Virus record (IMG/VR): IMGVR_UViG_3300049215_000686
Coordinates: 32,001 to 96,000 of that record
Reading direction: 5' to 3' (one strand)
Length of the DNA: 64,000 nt
Origin: a virus
The notes under the pieces are model-generated. The model was not told the DNA's origin. It made no database searches and saw only the letters and a list, made by a program, of their open reading frames with translations. Shown here piece after piece: positions 45,714 through 56,062 of this stretch (position 1 is the stretch's first letter; the number at the start of each line of letters is the position of its first letter). Position numbers and translations under genes: made by a program.

Positions 45714-46172
45714 TTACTGTCCAGAAGCGCCGAGACGAGCATCGTTCGGCAATTCATAAGCGACAGCAGCATCAGTCATGTGGGCTTCATCAAGATTACC
45801 GACCGCCACAAAACCAAACTTCACAGAACTCGTGCCGAGCCTTTTGACAATGGCAGCGATCAATGCAGTATCAGTTTGTGAAGCAGCAGTGCTGATCAAC
45901 ACATAAGCCACATGCTCAGGCAAGCCTTCCGCAGCAGACGAAGACAATTCAGCAACAACGTTGAATGAATTATAGTGTCTCTGAGAAATGCAAATTGCCG
46001 CCTTATTCGTTCCGCCCAATGAAACCATTAAAAACGGATCATTGGCTTGCGGAGCACCACCGGAACCAGTTCCAGCGGTCAGTGATGAAACCACTGCATA
46101 ACCGTTGGTCAACTGGAGGTCCGCTTGCAGTCTTTCCGCCAATTGAAAACGTGTATTAGTTGCTAAAGCCAT
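45714..46172 (-). CDS. head structural protein
   Basis: GGAGG SD; located between protease and scaffold. Confidence 0.6.
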   Translation of the reverse strand: MALATNTRFQLAERLQADLQLTNGYAVVSSLTAGTGSGGAPQANDPFLMVSLGGTNKAAICISQRHYNSFNVVAELSSSAAEGLPEHVAYVLISTAASQTDTALIAAIVKRLGTSSVKFGFVAVGNLDEAHMTDAAVAYELPNDARLGASGQ

Positions 46173-46190
46173 TTTTTTATTCCTCCAACT

Positions 46191-46925
46191 TTAGGCTGTT
46201 TTGGCCATTAAGTTTTTGATTCTTTCCAATTGCGCCTGACATTTCATCAAACGAGTCTTAGAATCATTTTCCTCACGATTTGCCTTTAACTCTTTAATAA
46301 GTTCTCTGGCATTCACCGCAAGATCATAAAGACGCTCAATTGGGCTCGCGTTCTTTTGTTCAATAAAAACAGGGACAGTATCGCTTTCGCTTTTAATTAA
46401 TGCCTCAGAGGCGCCCATACTTTTCACGATTCCAACCACATCGGTTCTTGTCGTTCGGTTAGCCGGATGAACTGTGAGCGCCACTCCTTTAATTAAAGTG
46501 CGCTTAAGGACACCGTTTTTTCCTCTTTCGATCGTTTTGCCTTCTACAGACAATTTGACCGGCGGCTCTTCACCCTTCGAATGGTAGTAATTGTAAATAG
46601 AACCAATCGCGTCCGCTTCTTTGTGCCCGTGACCATCCCAGAGTTCGATCTTGGTCCACAAAAAGGGCTTTTTCATTTCATTGAAATATTTGATTTGGGA
46701 CGGGGTTTCGCAATCCGAAAGATCTTTAATCTTTTTTGCTCCAACTATCCGACCTACCAAATGTTCAAAACGACCTGAATGATCTGAATTAGCAAAACCG
46801 CGTCCCTCAAGAAGAGGGCTGATATCGGCCCCATCAATGTCGAGACTCTCGCCCTGCTGATCTCTCGCAGAAGTCGCAGCCACCCCTTCAATAATGGTCG
46901 CCTTTTTCAAATCCATTGGCCCCAT
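46191..46925 (-). CDS. prohead protease
   Basis: IEGVAATSARDQQGE, DHS, LSVEG, VALTVHPAN. Confidence 0.85.
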   Translation of the reverse strand: MGPMDLKKATIIEGVAATSARDQQGESLDIDGADISPLLEGRGFANSDHSGRFEHLVGRIVGAKKIKDLSDCETPSQIKYFNEMKKPFLWTKIELWDGHGHKEADAIGSIYNYYHSKGEEPPVKLSVEGKTIERGKNGVLKRTLIKGVALTVHPANRTTRTDVVGIVKSMGASEALIKSESDTVPVFIEQKNASPIERLYDLAVNARELIKELKANREENDSKTRLMKCQAQLERIKNLMAKTA

Positions 46926-46962
46926 ATCGAAAGAGTTTGACGAAAAAAAGTTAGACTGAATT

Positions 46963-47271
46963 TTACAAGTCTAAAAAATCTTCAGGTTCTTGAGATTCGG
47001 TTGAATTTGGACTCATCTTTCGACGAAAAGACTGAAGGACTCGTTTGACTTCATTGTCATCCATCATCAAAAGGCGAGCAATGCGATGAGTGGAAGCGGT
47101 TTGGCCATTATCGGCCATGTATTTAAAGAAGCAATAATTAGATTCGGCATCAGCCACAAACCAGGGGCAGCCGCCTTGTTTGCCCTGCCGGGATAAATCA
47201 ATTGCCTTTCGGCCTTCCGGGCAAGCAGAGCAAGGTAATTTTTTGAGGTTTCTTGGGCATCTCGGATCCAT
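46963..47271 (-). CDS. Cys-rich protein with C-terminal HTH-like helix
   Basis: CP..C..C..CPW..C; IARLLMM...EVKR. Confidence 0.55.
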   Translation of the reverse strand: MDPRCPRNLKKLPCSACPEGRKAIDLSRQGKQGGCPWFVADAESNYCFFKYMADNGQTASTHRIARLLMMDDNEVKRVLQSFRRKMSPNSTESQEPEDFLDL

Positions 47272-47518
47272 CTTGGTTCCTTTTTTTGAGTTCTTCCTTG
47301 AATGTAGAAATCAAGGCTTTTATTTTTCGATAGAACGGAAGACTGATGATTTTCGCTTGCCCCGATTCAAGAAAAAAAACGTTCTCTTGAAGGTCAATTA
47401 AGGTTTCTTTGAGTTGTCGGTCGCTGTAATCAGCCAGATTTTCTTTCACGGAAACTGCAAGAAGAACAGAAAGTGTATTTATACCTTCCGAATTCGACTT
47501 CTCCTGTTGATTCGCCAC
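47198..47518 (-). CDS. hypothetical protein
   Basis: 106-aa ORF in operon. Confidence 0.45.
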   Translation of the reverse strand: MANQQEKSNSEGINTLSVLLAVSVKENLADYSDRQLKETLIDLQENVFFLESGQAKIISLPFYRKIKALISTFKEELKKRNQDGSEMPKKPQKITLLCLPGRPKGN

Positions 47519-47735
47519 ATTTTGGGCATAAATCTTTTGTTTTTTCTTTCGGCTCAGGCTCCTTCGAAAGTTTTTCTTCTGATACTTCAGCAGTAAATCC
47601 CTGATACGTCATTGAATTTACTGCCGCATTTAATCTTTGAAGTTGCTTCCTAAGACGCGCGTTCTCACGGCGGAGTTGCTGGTTATCGGAATGAGTCCGT
47701 TTACGATCACTTCTCCCACGGGTTCTTTCATCCAA
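47430..47735 (-). CDS. coiled-coil plus zinc-ribbon protein
   Basis: LRRENARLRKQL; CPKCG...CSSC. Confidence 0.6.
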   Translation of the reverse strand: MDERTRGRSDRKRTHSDNQQLRRENARLRKQLQRLNAAVNSMTYQGFTAEVSEEKLSKEPEPKEKTKDLCPKCGESTGEVEFGRYKYTFCSSCSFRERKSG

Positions 47736-47786
47736 AGCCTTAAGCCCCCTTTTCTTTAGTTTAGGGGCGCTTAAGTAGGCTGAATT

Positions 47787-48449
47787 CTAGGCTGGAGTGG
47801 GGTCTTGCGCGCTTTCCGGATGCTCGGTCGGCTTCTCTTCCTGAGGTTTAGGTTTCCGAAGTCCTAAAAGACAGATCTCAGCCATATCTGTTTGACCCTG
47901 AAGACCCAGCGGGAAAACTTTTACTTCTCCGACTTTCATCCCCTTCAATACATCGTCCAGTTCAGGGAAAAGTTCATAATCGCCAACATTCACGCGACAT
48001 CGAGGCTTTCTCTCTTGAATCAGTTCTTCACCTTTATTGAAGAATTTAATGGAAAAAATTGCTGAATACCCCTTTTCGGCAATGTCCTCATCCGCGATTT
48101 GCATTCCTCTGGCGATGTCTTCATCGTCGCTTTCTTTATTAAATTCTTCGATCTTCAATTGCTCGGCAAGTTGTACAATTTGTTCCTCACTCGGGAATTG
48201 AGGGATATTCATTTTTGTACACTGATCGAGAAGTTTCATGATCGCCAAAGAGCGCCATTCCGCCTGGTCTGCGTATAGGCACATCTTTGAAAGCATTTTA
48301 TTTACGTTGCGCTCAAATTTGAAATAACGACCGCTCAATTCCAAAATCAATTGGAACAATTGATTAATCTGTTTTTGGATATTTTCGGCGTTAATCTGCG
48401 CCTCTTTTAAATTCCTTTTTCTAAAATCCGTCATCCTTGAATTACTCAT
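47787..48449 (-). CDS. coiled-coil protein with C-terminal FKBP/trigger-factor-like domain
   Basis: AEKG......F..GE.......VG...LFPELDDVLKGMKVGEVKVF. Confidence 0.65.
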   Translation of the reverse strand: MSNSRMTDFRKRNLKEAQINAENIQKQINQLFQLILELSGRYFKFERNVNKMLSKMCLYADQAEWRSLAIMKLLDQCTKMNIPQFPSEEQIVQLAEQLKIEEFNKESDDEDIARGMQIADEDIAEKGYSAIFSIKFFNKGEELIQERKPRCRVNVGDYELFPELDDVLKGMKVGEVKVFPLGLQGQTDMAEICLLGLRKPKPQEEKPTEHPESAQDPTPA

Positions 48450-49108
48450 TAAAATTCAGGTCCTTCCCTTTCCATTTTTGAAAGTTGTAAAAGTAGTTCT
48501 TTTTGGGCCTTTTGAAACGCATCCGTATCAACACCCGGATTGAGCCCCGATGGAATAGACTTATTCCCCATTGGCTTTGCGCTACCTGGATTAAACATAA
48601 CTGGCTTAGAAGGCGCAACGGCCACGGGCTGAGGTACTTGGGTTTGTCGTTGAAGAATGGTTTGCGCTAAAACCTTAATGGCCTGAGTTTCTTCAACCGT
48701 AAATCCAGAAAGGCTAAGAGATGTTTTTGGAGGAGCAAGGATCTTCTCCATCATTTCATCAACCCAAGCCAGATATAAAACAGTAATCATCTCTCGAATG
48801 GATTCATCTGAAACTTTTGGGGGCCGATTCCTGATTTTTCTAAAAGCATTCAAAACAGAGATCTTCTCATCCAAAGACATTTGTTCAATGTCTTTTATTG
48901 ATCTCGTTCCCACTGACTGAATAATTTTAGATACTTTCTTAGGCTCTCCATCGGAATGACCTGATCGCACTCCGGGCAATCCGCTGACTCCAGAAATATC
49001 GGGGACCGTTGTGGCAGGATCAGTTCCCTGCACCTCGGGCACTCCACTTGGGGTTCCCCCGTCTCGGGATGAAGATAAACCGGCAGTTGTCTCACGTTTC
49101 TTTCCCAT
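48449..49108 (-). CDS. hypothetical protein
   Basis: 219-aa ORF coupled to the next gene. Confidence 0.6.
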   Translation of the reverse strand: MGKKRETTAGLSSSRDGGTPSGVPEVQGTDPATTVPDISGVSGLPGVRSGHSDGEPKKVSKIIQSVGTRSIKDIEQMSLDEKISVLNAFRKIRNRPPKVSDESIREMITVLYLAWVDEMMEKILAPPKTSLSLSGFTVEETQAIKVLAQTILQRQTQVPQPVAVAPSKPVMFNPGSAKPMGNKSIPSGLNPGVDTDAFQKAQKELLLQLSKMEREGPEF

Positions 49109-49131
49109 ATGTCTTCATTATACAAAACCGC

Positions 49132-49983
49132 CTATTTTAGCCTTCCACTCCGTTGCCTGGCAAATTCGTCATGAGATTTACTGATATAGACCTTTTTGTT
49201 ACCTGAGAATCCCCAGCCCGGCTTGAGTTCCTGAAGAATAAAATGGCGCTCATTCGGGTGGGTGTTATCTATCGTAGGCTTCCAATCCCGTCGCTTACGC
49301 CCAATATTCGATCCGCCCGCAATCAGTTCACTCATTTTATAGACACGCGGCGTTATACCATCATTCCAAAACCAAAATTTCTTACACTCATCACAAACCG
49401 CGCCATCCATGGGACCGACTTTATAAACCACTATCTCTTCAGGGGGATTCTCCTTGTTGTTGTATAAGATCGCGTCCATGGCTCCGTAATTGGATGCCCG
49501 AGCAAGTTCCGTATCCACAATCAACTTCCAACGATTCCGCCATTCCTTGACCGTATCGTTGAGTGCATGGCCTAAGTATTTTTGGGCCTGATCCTTATCT
49601 CGAAGAAGATCGTAAACGTGAGCGCCTTCTTGTCGATTAGTGAACGGCATGAGTTGTGCCTCGATTCTTCCCAACAAATCAGAAGTGAATTGCTCAGCCG
49701 CCTTATCCGCATATCTGGAAAACATCCTTTCCAAAAAATCAATTGCACCCTCACGCACATCTTTGGGTGCCGGAACAACGGAAGACTGAGAATGAGTCGT
49801 CAAATAAGACCTTGCCACCGCAGCCTTAGGGGCCTGAGCAGAAGTAATCAGCCCCGAACGAACCAAATCCTTCAGTTCCGCTCGACTTAAAGCGTGCGGC
49901 CCAACCGAGCGGTATTTTAACCAAGAAACGAATCTCTTCATCGCTTGGGTAATTTTAGATGCGGTTTTAGGTTTGAGCGCCAT
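49132..49983 (-). CDS. head morphogenesis (MuF/SPP1 gp7-like) protein
   Basis: IVDTELARA, C..C, HPNER; directly after portal. Confidence 0.7.
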   Translation of the reverse strand: MALKPKTASKITQAMKRFVSWLKYRSVGPHALSRAELKDLVRSGLITSAQAPKAAVARSYLTTHSQSSVVPAPKDVREGAIDFLERMFSRYADKAAEQFTSDLLGRIEAQLMPFTNRQEGAHVYDLLRDKDQAQKYLGHALNDTVKEWRNRWKLIVDTELARASNYGAMDAILYNNKENPPEEIVVYKVGPMDGAVCDECKKFWFWNDGITPRVYKMSELIAGGSNIGRKRRDWKPTIDNTHPNERHFILQELKPGWGFSGNKKVYISKSHDEFARQRSGRLK

Positions 49984-51998
49984 TATTCAGGTTTCTTCTT
50001 GTCGTCATCTCTCTCGCCGACATCGTCTTTCAAGGCTTCAATAATATCTTTCACCAAGAAATTCGCTCCACGTTCGAAATCAGAAATAAGCCCTTCTCTT
50101 AGCCGGTCGATATGTTCGGCATTGGCTTCAGATTTTGCATCAGCCTTACTGAGGTTCTCGTGGAAACTCTTAAAGAGTTCTGGATTGGCTTCAATAAACC
50201 GATCAATTGCCATAGACTGTCCCTGGGCTTGAGCCTGTTGCTCCATGTGACTATCCATCGCTTGTTCATGCTCAGCCTTGCGATCCATCTTTTTGGCTTT
50301 TTTAGGGTCTTCGGGGCGTTTTTTAGGTTCCTCAGGCGGCTCTTTCTGCATTGAGGCTTCGGCTTGTGATTGTTGCTGAAGCATCGTCATCTGCATTTGC
50401 TGCCATTGGAACCAAAATTGATCAGGGATATATTGAAGATCTGGACGATTCGAAGCACCCGGAATATTCATGAACTTCTCCATAAACATCCCTTTGGGCA
50501 TATTCTTCTCAAGATACTGAAGCAAAAGAGCATTCAGAATCAATCCGCCACCTACTTCAAGAGGCGTAAGGTCGGCTTGTTTTCGCGCTTCGTCGAGGGT
50601 TGTGTGCAACTGGACTTCGTTTTGAAGACGCTGAATTTCTTCATTGCGAGTCTCAGCATCCAGCCCCACAAAACAAATCTGATAACGCTCCGCATAATCC
50701 CTTCTCCATGCTGGAAGGATGTCTTCATTAAGAATTTGTTCCAAACGATTCAAAAGTGGGCGCAAGCCTCGGTCTCTGGAAGCGGTGATTTTCCACTCGT
50801 TTGAACTCTCCGAAAGCGCTCGCTGCTCTACTCCCTTTGAAAGGTAACCAAAGCCGGTTTCTTCTGGATCGATCGCAAAGCAAGAATGAATCGTCCGAAT
50901 CACGTGATCCTGATAAGCCGCATATTCCATGTCGCGATTAGTGGCCGTAAGCGGCTGCCATTGAACGGCTTTAATACCGGCCAAAATAGGCGTCCGCCAA
51001 GCCGATTGCGGACCAGTCGTTTGCTGCGTCCATTGAGCCTGAAGCGTTCGCATTTGATTCGGCGTGACATCGCCCTGAATAACTAAAAGCCCTTTAGAAG
51101 CGACGCCGTGCGTAAAAAACATCTTTTGATGGTTTTCGATTTGAAGGTGAGCCGTGATCATCGAAATCGCGCGCTCCAAGGGGCCAATCGAATAGCCATT
51201 TAAATCAATATCGGTTTGAAGGGCGAACCGAGCAAAGATCAATTCCGAAGCAGTAAACCCCTCCACGACCTTGCCATTGATCACTTGCAGCCAAGTATAA
51301 TCGTGTTCTGGGCTTTCAAAATCTTGGCCTAGATCTTCACCATTCATTTTTCGATATGCTTCTTTATAGGAATCGATCGTATTTTGAATGGTGTTTTTAT
51401 CGATTAGTTTTTTATTAGCGTAATAAATCGTCTCAGCCGGAAGAGGCAAGAAGGCGTAAAGATTACCTTCCATATCGTGAACCTTTTCAATCGTGCAATG
51501 TCCATATGTAAGCATGTCAAAGGCAAGGGCATATGCCAACTGATCCAATGTCAGCGTATCGTCCTTGGATCGATTATCGGTTCGGCCTGTATTTAAAATA
51601 AATTCTTCAATCTCTTTGACTTCTTCGGCATTACCTTCCACTACGCCGTCCCGAGGTTTGACCTCAATGCCGGTATCAAAACGATTCGAAGGCATCCTAC
51701 AAAATGCAGCGACCTGAGTGGCTCGGGTATGAAGGATCGTTGAAACAATGGGATCTCGGCGAGAAATCAGTTTTAGGATCAGATTTGATATAAATCCTGA
51801 TCCCGCACCTCTTGGCTTATAAACTCCCCCAGAATATCCAACATCAGTGAACGGATCGAAAATCAGACCCTTTCGCCCGTAACCGTCTTCTTTCAACCGT
51901 TTTTCAAGGGGTTCGCCGCTTTCAGGGAGATTATATTCCGCCAATCGGTCATCAAGTTGCTGTTCAATGACTCCTGTGATTTGGTTAATGATACTCAT
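49983..51998 (-). CDS. portal protein
   Basis: GYSIGPLE, FFTHG...KGLL, AWRTPIL, DMEY, FAIDPEETG, GLRPLL, TLDEAR. Confidence 0.88.
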   Translation of the reverse strand: MSIINQITGVIEQQLDDRLAEYNLPESGEPLEKRLKEDGYGRKGLIFDPFTDVGYSGGVYKPRGAGSGFISNLILKLISRRDPIVSTILHTRATQVAAFCRMPSNRFDTGIEVKPRDGVVEGNAEEVKEIEEFILNTGRTDNRSKDDTLTLDQLAYALAFDMLTYGHCTIEKVHDMEGNLYAFLPLPAETIYYANKKLIDKNTIQNTIDSYKEAYRKMNGEDLGQDFESPEHDYTWLQVINGKVVEGFTASELIFARFALQTDIDLNGYSIGPLERAISMITAHLQIENHQKMFFTHGVASKGLLVIQGDVTPNQMRTLQAQWTQQTTGPQSAWRTPILAGIKAVQWQPLTATNRDMEYAAYQDHVIRTIHSCFAIDPEETGFGYLSKGVEQRALSESSNEWKITASRDRGLRPLLNRLEQILNEDILPAWRRDYAERYQICFVGLDAETRNEEIQRLQNEVQLHTTLDEARKQADLTPLEVGGGLILNALLLQYLEKNMPKGMFMEKFMNIPGASNRPDLQYIPDQFWFQWQQMQMTMLQQQSQAEASMQKEPPEEPKKRPEDPKKAKKMDRKAEHEQAMDSHMEQQAQAQGQSMAIDRFIEANPELFKSFHENLSKADAKSEANAEHIDRLREGLISDFERGANFLVKDIIEALKDDVGERDDDKKKPE

Positions 51999-52645
51999 TT
52001 TTCTTCACTCCCCGTTCCGCCAAACAACGTCCCATCACAAAGGGAGCACCCTCTGATGTAGGCAAGCCCGATCAAAACGGCATCACAGGCATCGTTCATA
52101 TTTAGAGGAAGTTCGTAACCAAAATGTTCCTTAAAACATCGCAACGCCGCATGCTTACGGGTAATTTTTCCAACCACTTTGCCATCGATTTTGGCGAGCC
52201 GTTGACCGGTCTGTTTTTTGATTCTGGAGATTTTAACGTTGAGTCTTTTTTCTTCGTCATTGAGGTTAGCCCCAACTTTCGAGCGCCAAATACCAGTTCG
52301 GATATAACTGACCCTAACTTTTTTGGACTGTAACCCCGTAAGAACAGCATAATGGATAAAATCCAGTATCTTTTGGGAATATGGGTTCTTACCGGCTGTG
52401 ACCTCTTCGATCACCACTTCCACGTCAGGATGATTAACCTGAATCAGTGAAACTTCAGAAACGATCCTAATACCAACGTCTTTGGCAAAATCGGTGTAAT
52501 TAAAAGGATATTTTCCGTACTCTTTGATCTGCTTTTTCGGAAACAAGGTCTCAAAATGAAGGCTTTTAATGTCGCCATCTTTGATATGAAAGCGCGCGAT
52601 TCCAGACTTTGTTGAGAGATCAAGAGACACAATGGTTCTTTCCAT
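51995..52645 (-). CDS. RuvC-like Holliday junction resolvase
   Basis: VSLDLSTKSG, VVIEE, WRSKVG, DACDAVLIG. Confidence 0.75.
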   Translation of the reverse strand: MERTIVSLDLSTKSGIARFHIKDGDIKSLHFETLFPKKQIKEYGKYPFNYTDFAKDVGIRIVSEVSLIQVNHPDVEVVIEEVTAGKNPYSQKILDFIHYAVLTGLQSKKVRVSYIRTGIWRSKVGANLNDEEKRLNVKISRIKKQTGQRLAKIDGKVVGKITRKHAALRCFKEHFGYELPLNMNDACDAVLIGLAYIRGCSLCDGTLFGGTGSEEK

Positions 52646-53566
52646 TTATTCCGCAAAAAAGACAAAGCCGGTAGCCACATTGATTCCCGGATTAAAAAGG
52701 TTGAGTTGATAAATCTTTCCACGCTTCAAAAGTATTCCAGGGTTTCCTGCAAGATCACCATTCACGGGAGGCTCAATTACAACACCACTTCCCGAGTCCC
52801 CGTTGAATTGGGCACTCACCACATGATCAATCGCCAAAAGCATCCATTTGATGGCCTCTGGATAGATGACTACTCCGGTCGTAATTCCTGAAATCGTTTC
52901 TTCAATTGCGGCTGGATTTGAAAACTGAACGAATTCATCAGTGACTCGGGTGATTTTAAATTGACCTTGATTAGGAAAACTAAAATTAGAATTGCTAATG
53001 TCTAAAACATCTCCCACCTGAACTGGGCCACTGGAGTAAACATCGACTTGACCCACAACCGTTTCTGCCATCCCAATTGGATTTACAAACTCGATATAAT
53101 CCGAGCCCTTATTTACTATGACAAAATCTCCTTGGTTGAAGGTGTTGAAAGGAGATCCAAGGGTCACTCCGTCTCCGATTTGAATGCTGGCAAAAGTCGG
53201 GGCGGTCCCTGTACCGCTAAATTTTGCCTGGATTATCGAATTCGTCTTAATGATTTGCCATTCAGTAGTTCCATCACCATCGAGTCTTCCCGTTCGCTGT
53301 TCCAAAGACGCCTGGAGTTGAACATCAGAAGAACCCGGTACTTGCGCAATACTAAACGAAGTCGCTCCGTTAAAACTAATCGAGCGCGTCACCGACATGA
53401 TGGCCTTTGTTTCTCCTGGAGAAAGAGTCACCGGAACCATTTGAGGAGAGTCAGTGGGCATTCCCAACATCGACCATTTCAGATCCGTAAACTTCACAGA
53501 AGGATTCACAGTCTTTAAGGCATCTGCATAACAGACCAAATTTAAAGAAACATTAATCAGTGACAT
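52646..53566 (-). CDS. virion structural protein
   Basis: beta-rich; two GD.......FNQG.F.I repeats. Confidence 0.55.
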   Translation of the reverse strand: MSLINVSLNLVCYADALKTVNPSVKFTDLKWSMLGMPTDSPQMVPVTLSPGETKAIMSVTRSISFNGATSFSIAQVPGSSDVQLQASLEQRTGRLDGDGTTEWQIIKTNSIIQAKFSGTGTAPTFASIQIGDGVTLGSPFNTFNQGDFVIVNKGSDYIEFVNPIGMAETVVGQVDVYSSGPVQVGDVLDISNSNFSFPNQGQFKITRVTDEFVQFSNPAAIEETISGITTGVVIYPEAIKWMLLAIDHVVSAQFNGDSGSGVVIEPPVNGDLAGNPGILLKRGKIYQLNLFNPGINVATGFVFFAE

Positions 53567-53606
53567 TGCAATCTCCTGTTAGGATTGTAAGCCGGAATAT
53601 TTATAA

Positions 53607-55448
53607 TCAAGTCCAACTCCACAATGGCCCGCTTGGTTTAAAGCCTTCTCCGTCCGAATCGACCTGTCCGGGCTCCCGGTTATCCATGAACTGAAGGCCA
53701 TGTTCTCTGGCGATTTGATCTAAAGAAGGGATGTTTGACTCAGTGCGTCCAGTGGTCGGGGTATGAAAATCAGAACCGACTTTCATTCTCATTCTTCCAA
53801 AAAGCCACCAAATCATATAACGAAGGGGATCCAGATAGTGGTCATTGCCCTCTTCCGGGGGTTCGTTGTCCAGGATCTTGCCGGTCGGATCCTGTTTCTT
53901 CTTATAAATTTCGAATTCTTCAATAATCCCTGGAATACCAGGAATATTACTTTGGAGATCGGGTGCCAAAAAGATTCTTGATTGCCCATTGGTCCCCGGA
54001 ATCCTCAAAAGCCCCTTAACGAGGTTTAAGCCCAATGGGATAGATTTATCGATTTCATCAGTCGTAGGAAGTCCGGCTTGCTTTAAAAGCGCATTTCCAG
54101 AGCCATTCGCCAAATCAGGGCAATACATTTGAATATCATATTGTCGGTGAACGGTTGTTCGAATGAGTTCAATGAATTCTGGATCTGGAGTAAAAGTTCG
54201 ACCAACCGCGTCGATAATATAACAATACTCTCGCCGATCGACTGCCATCACCACGCAAGTCGAAGGACTTGACCAACCCCAGTCCACTCCAGCATAAAAA
54301 GTCGCTCGCCGTCTTTTAAGTTCAGCAATAAAAGAATCTCGATTAGCAAAAGGGTTTTCCTCACCCGTTAAAACTTTCCACATGATGTCCCATCCCGGAA
54401 CATGGATTTGACGATCAAACTCAAAGTAAATGAGTCCTTCCGAAGAAGGTTTCATGGACATAATTTGGGCAACACCCCAGTCCCATGAACCAGACATTCG
54501 GATTTTGTTAATTACGTCATCGATTTTTCTTAACAAAACGCTCTTACTTTTTTGTTTCTTAAGATCACCCAAACAGAATGCCGCAATTGGACACTCTCGG
54601 CATTTATCAAAAGTGTCATCGGTCCGCTGAAACCCGTCCGTTTTTCCGGCAGGAAGACCCATGAATTCTTGTTCAGTAAATTTAGTCCCTTTCAGAGGAT
54701 GGACATAAAGAGGAGTCGGAATAGTCCCGGATCGCTCATCCGGACATCGTTCGGTAGAGTCTAATGTGGTCCATTTCAAAACCTCAATTCCGGTTTTGGC
54801 AGCATCTCTGAGTTCTTGCTCGGCCAGAGAATGCCCCTTTTGGCGGGAAGTAATCTTCACAATAACGCCGGGCTTGCCTTTGGTTGAACTTCCCACGATA
54901 CCGTGAGCATCCGCATAGGCCCGAATATTCGAAGGCTCCATAGAAGAAGCCAACTCGTCAAAAGTCAAAAGAGAGCAATGCGCGCCTTGCACGGCTTTAG
55001 GGGTTGCCGGAAGGACTTCAAGGCCAACATCTTCACCGTTAATATTAAGCCTGATTTCTCTCGTATTTTGTTTAGTAATCGATTGCCGAATCAAGAGTTC
55101 CTTATTGATGAATTTTTCTAGATAGTTTCTGGCACGAGATGCCTGTTGAGTCGTCATCGCGATATGAACCGTATTTCGGCAATCGTGAAGAAAGGATAAA
55201 AGATCGATGATCGAAAGGCTCAAAGTTTTCATTGAATCTCGACCTGCAACAGCCAAAAATCCCGCAGAATCTCCGTCCATAATCGCGCGATAGACTCTCC
55301 AAACAAAATCTAAAGGATTGCTGTTTGAAAAACGAGAAATGGTCTGATTCGGAAAATCAAGACCTGTATATCTTTTAATCCATGCCTTAAGATGCTCCGG
55401 ATCCCCGCAAGGACTCATAAGCATTTGCAGTTCGCTGATGTTGCTCAT
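53607..55448 (-). CDS. terL: terminase large subunit
   Basis: AGRDSMKT Walker A variant, TFDE, GVDWGWS, NDHYLDPLRY. Confidence 0.88.
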   Translation of the reverse strand: MSNISELQMLMSPCGDPEHLKAWIKRYTGLDFPNQTISRFSNSNPLDFVWRVYRAIMDGDSAGFLAVAGRDSMKTLSLSIIDLLSFLHDCRNTVHIAMTTQQASRARNYLEKFINKELLIRQSITKQNTREIRLNINGEDVGLEVLPATPKAVQGAHCSLLTFDELASSMEPSNIRAYADAHGIVGSSTKGKPGVIVKITSRQKGHSLAEQELRDAAKTGIEVLKWTTLDSTERCPDERSGTIPTPLYVHPLKGTKFTEQEFMGLPAGKTDGFQRTDDTFDKCRECPIAAFCLGDLKKQKSKSVLLRKIDDVINKIRMSGSWDWGVAQIMSMKPSSEGLIYFEFDRQIHVPGWDIMWKVLTGEENPFANRDSFIAELKRRRATFYAGVDWGWSSPSTCVVMAVDRREYCYIIDAVGRTFTPDPEFIELIRTTVHRQYDIQMYCPDLANGSGNALLKQAGLPTTDEIDKSIPLGLNLVKGLLRIPGTNGQSRIFLAPDLQSNIPGIPGIIEEFEIYKKKQDPTGKILDNEPPEEGNDHYLDPLRYMIWWLFGRMRMKVGSDFHTPTTGRTESNIPSLDQIAREHGLQFMDNREPGQVDSDGEGFKPSGPLWSWT

Positions 55449-56062
55449 TTCTTATCCGCCTCTGCCATTAAGGCTTTCTTAATGTCATCAGCCCCGTTTT
55501 GGGTAAGAACGATTTCGGGCTTATCTTGATTATTCACAGTCACCGAGACAAGAGGAGTCGATTTGTCAGTCAAGTTTTTATCTTGAACAGGAGAAGTGAT
55601 CTCCTTCAACATGCTGATCAAGTAGCCATAAGAATGAATATTGTCGGGAATGATCTTTTTAGGGGCCTCATTCTTGTCTGGATCTGCAATAAAATTAAGA
55701 ATTTCTTTTCGATACTTAACGTGAGTCGCCGTGATTACATCCGCCAAAAATCGAATACTTTCCATCCTAGCGGAAAGAGCCGCGTTTAAGGTCTCTTGCT
55801 GCACGACTTTACGGTATTGGGCGCGAGTGTCGTCCCAGTTATAAGAGATCTTTGCCCATAAAAGAACTTCGATTGGATATTCTGGGAACCATCGCTTAAT
55901 GTCTTCGCAAGAATAGCCCAAGCAATAAATCTCGCCTAAGCGTTCGGCTTTGTATTTAGCGAGCCCCGGTTTCCCGTCCTCAATCCAATTCGAAAGGAGT
56001 TTAGCCTCTTCTTCAGTGAGCCCCTTTTTTACAAGATCGGGAATTTGATTATTCGATGACAT
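55445..56062 (-). CDS. hypothetical protein (possible small terminase)
   Basis: Directly upstream of and coupled to terL; helical. Confidence 0.5.
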   Translation of the reverse strand: MSSNNQIPDLVKKGLTEEEAKLLSNWIEDGKPGLAKYKAERLGEIYCLGYSCEDIKRWFPEYPIEVLLWAKISYNWDDTRAQYRKVVQQETLNAALSARMESIRFLADVITATHVKYRKEILNFIADPDKNEAPKKIIPDNIHSYGYLISMLKEITSPVQDKNLTDKSTPLVSVTVNNQDKPEIVLTQNGADDIKKALMAEADKK

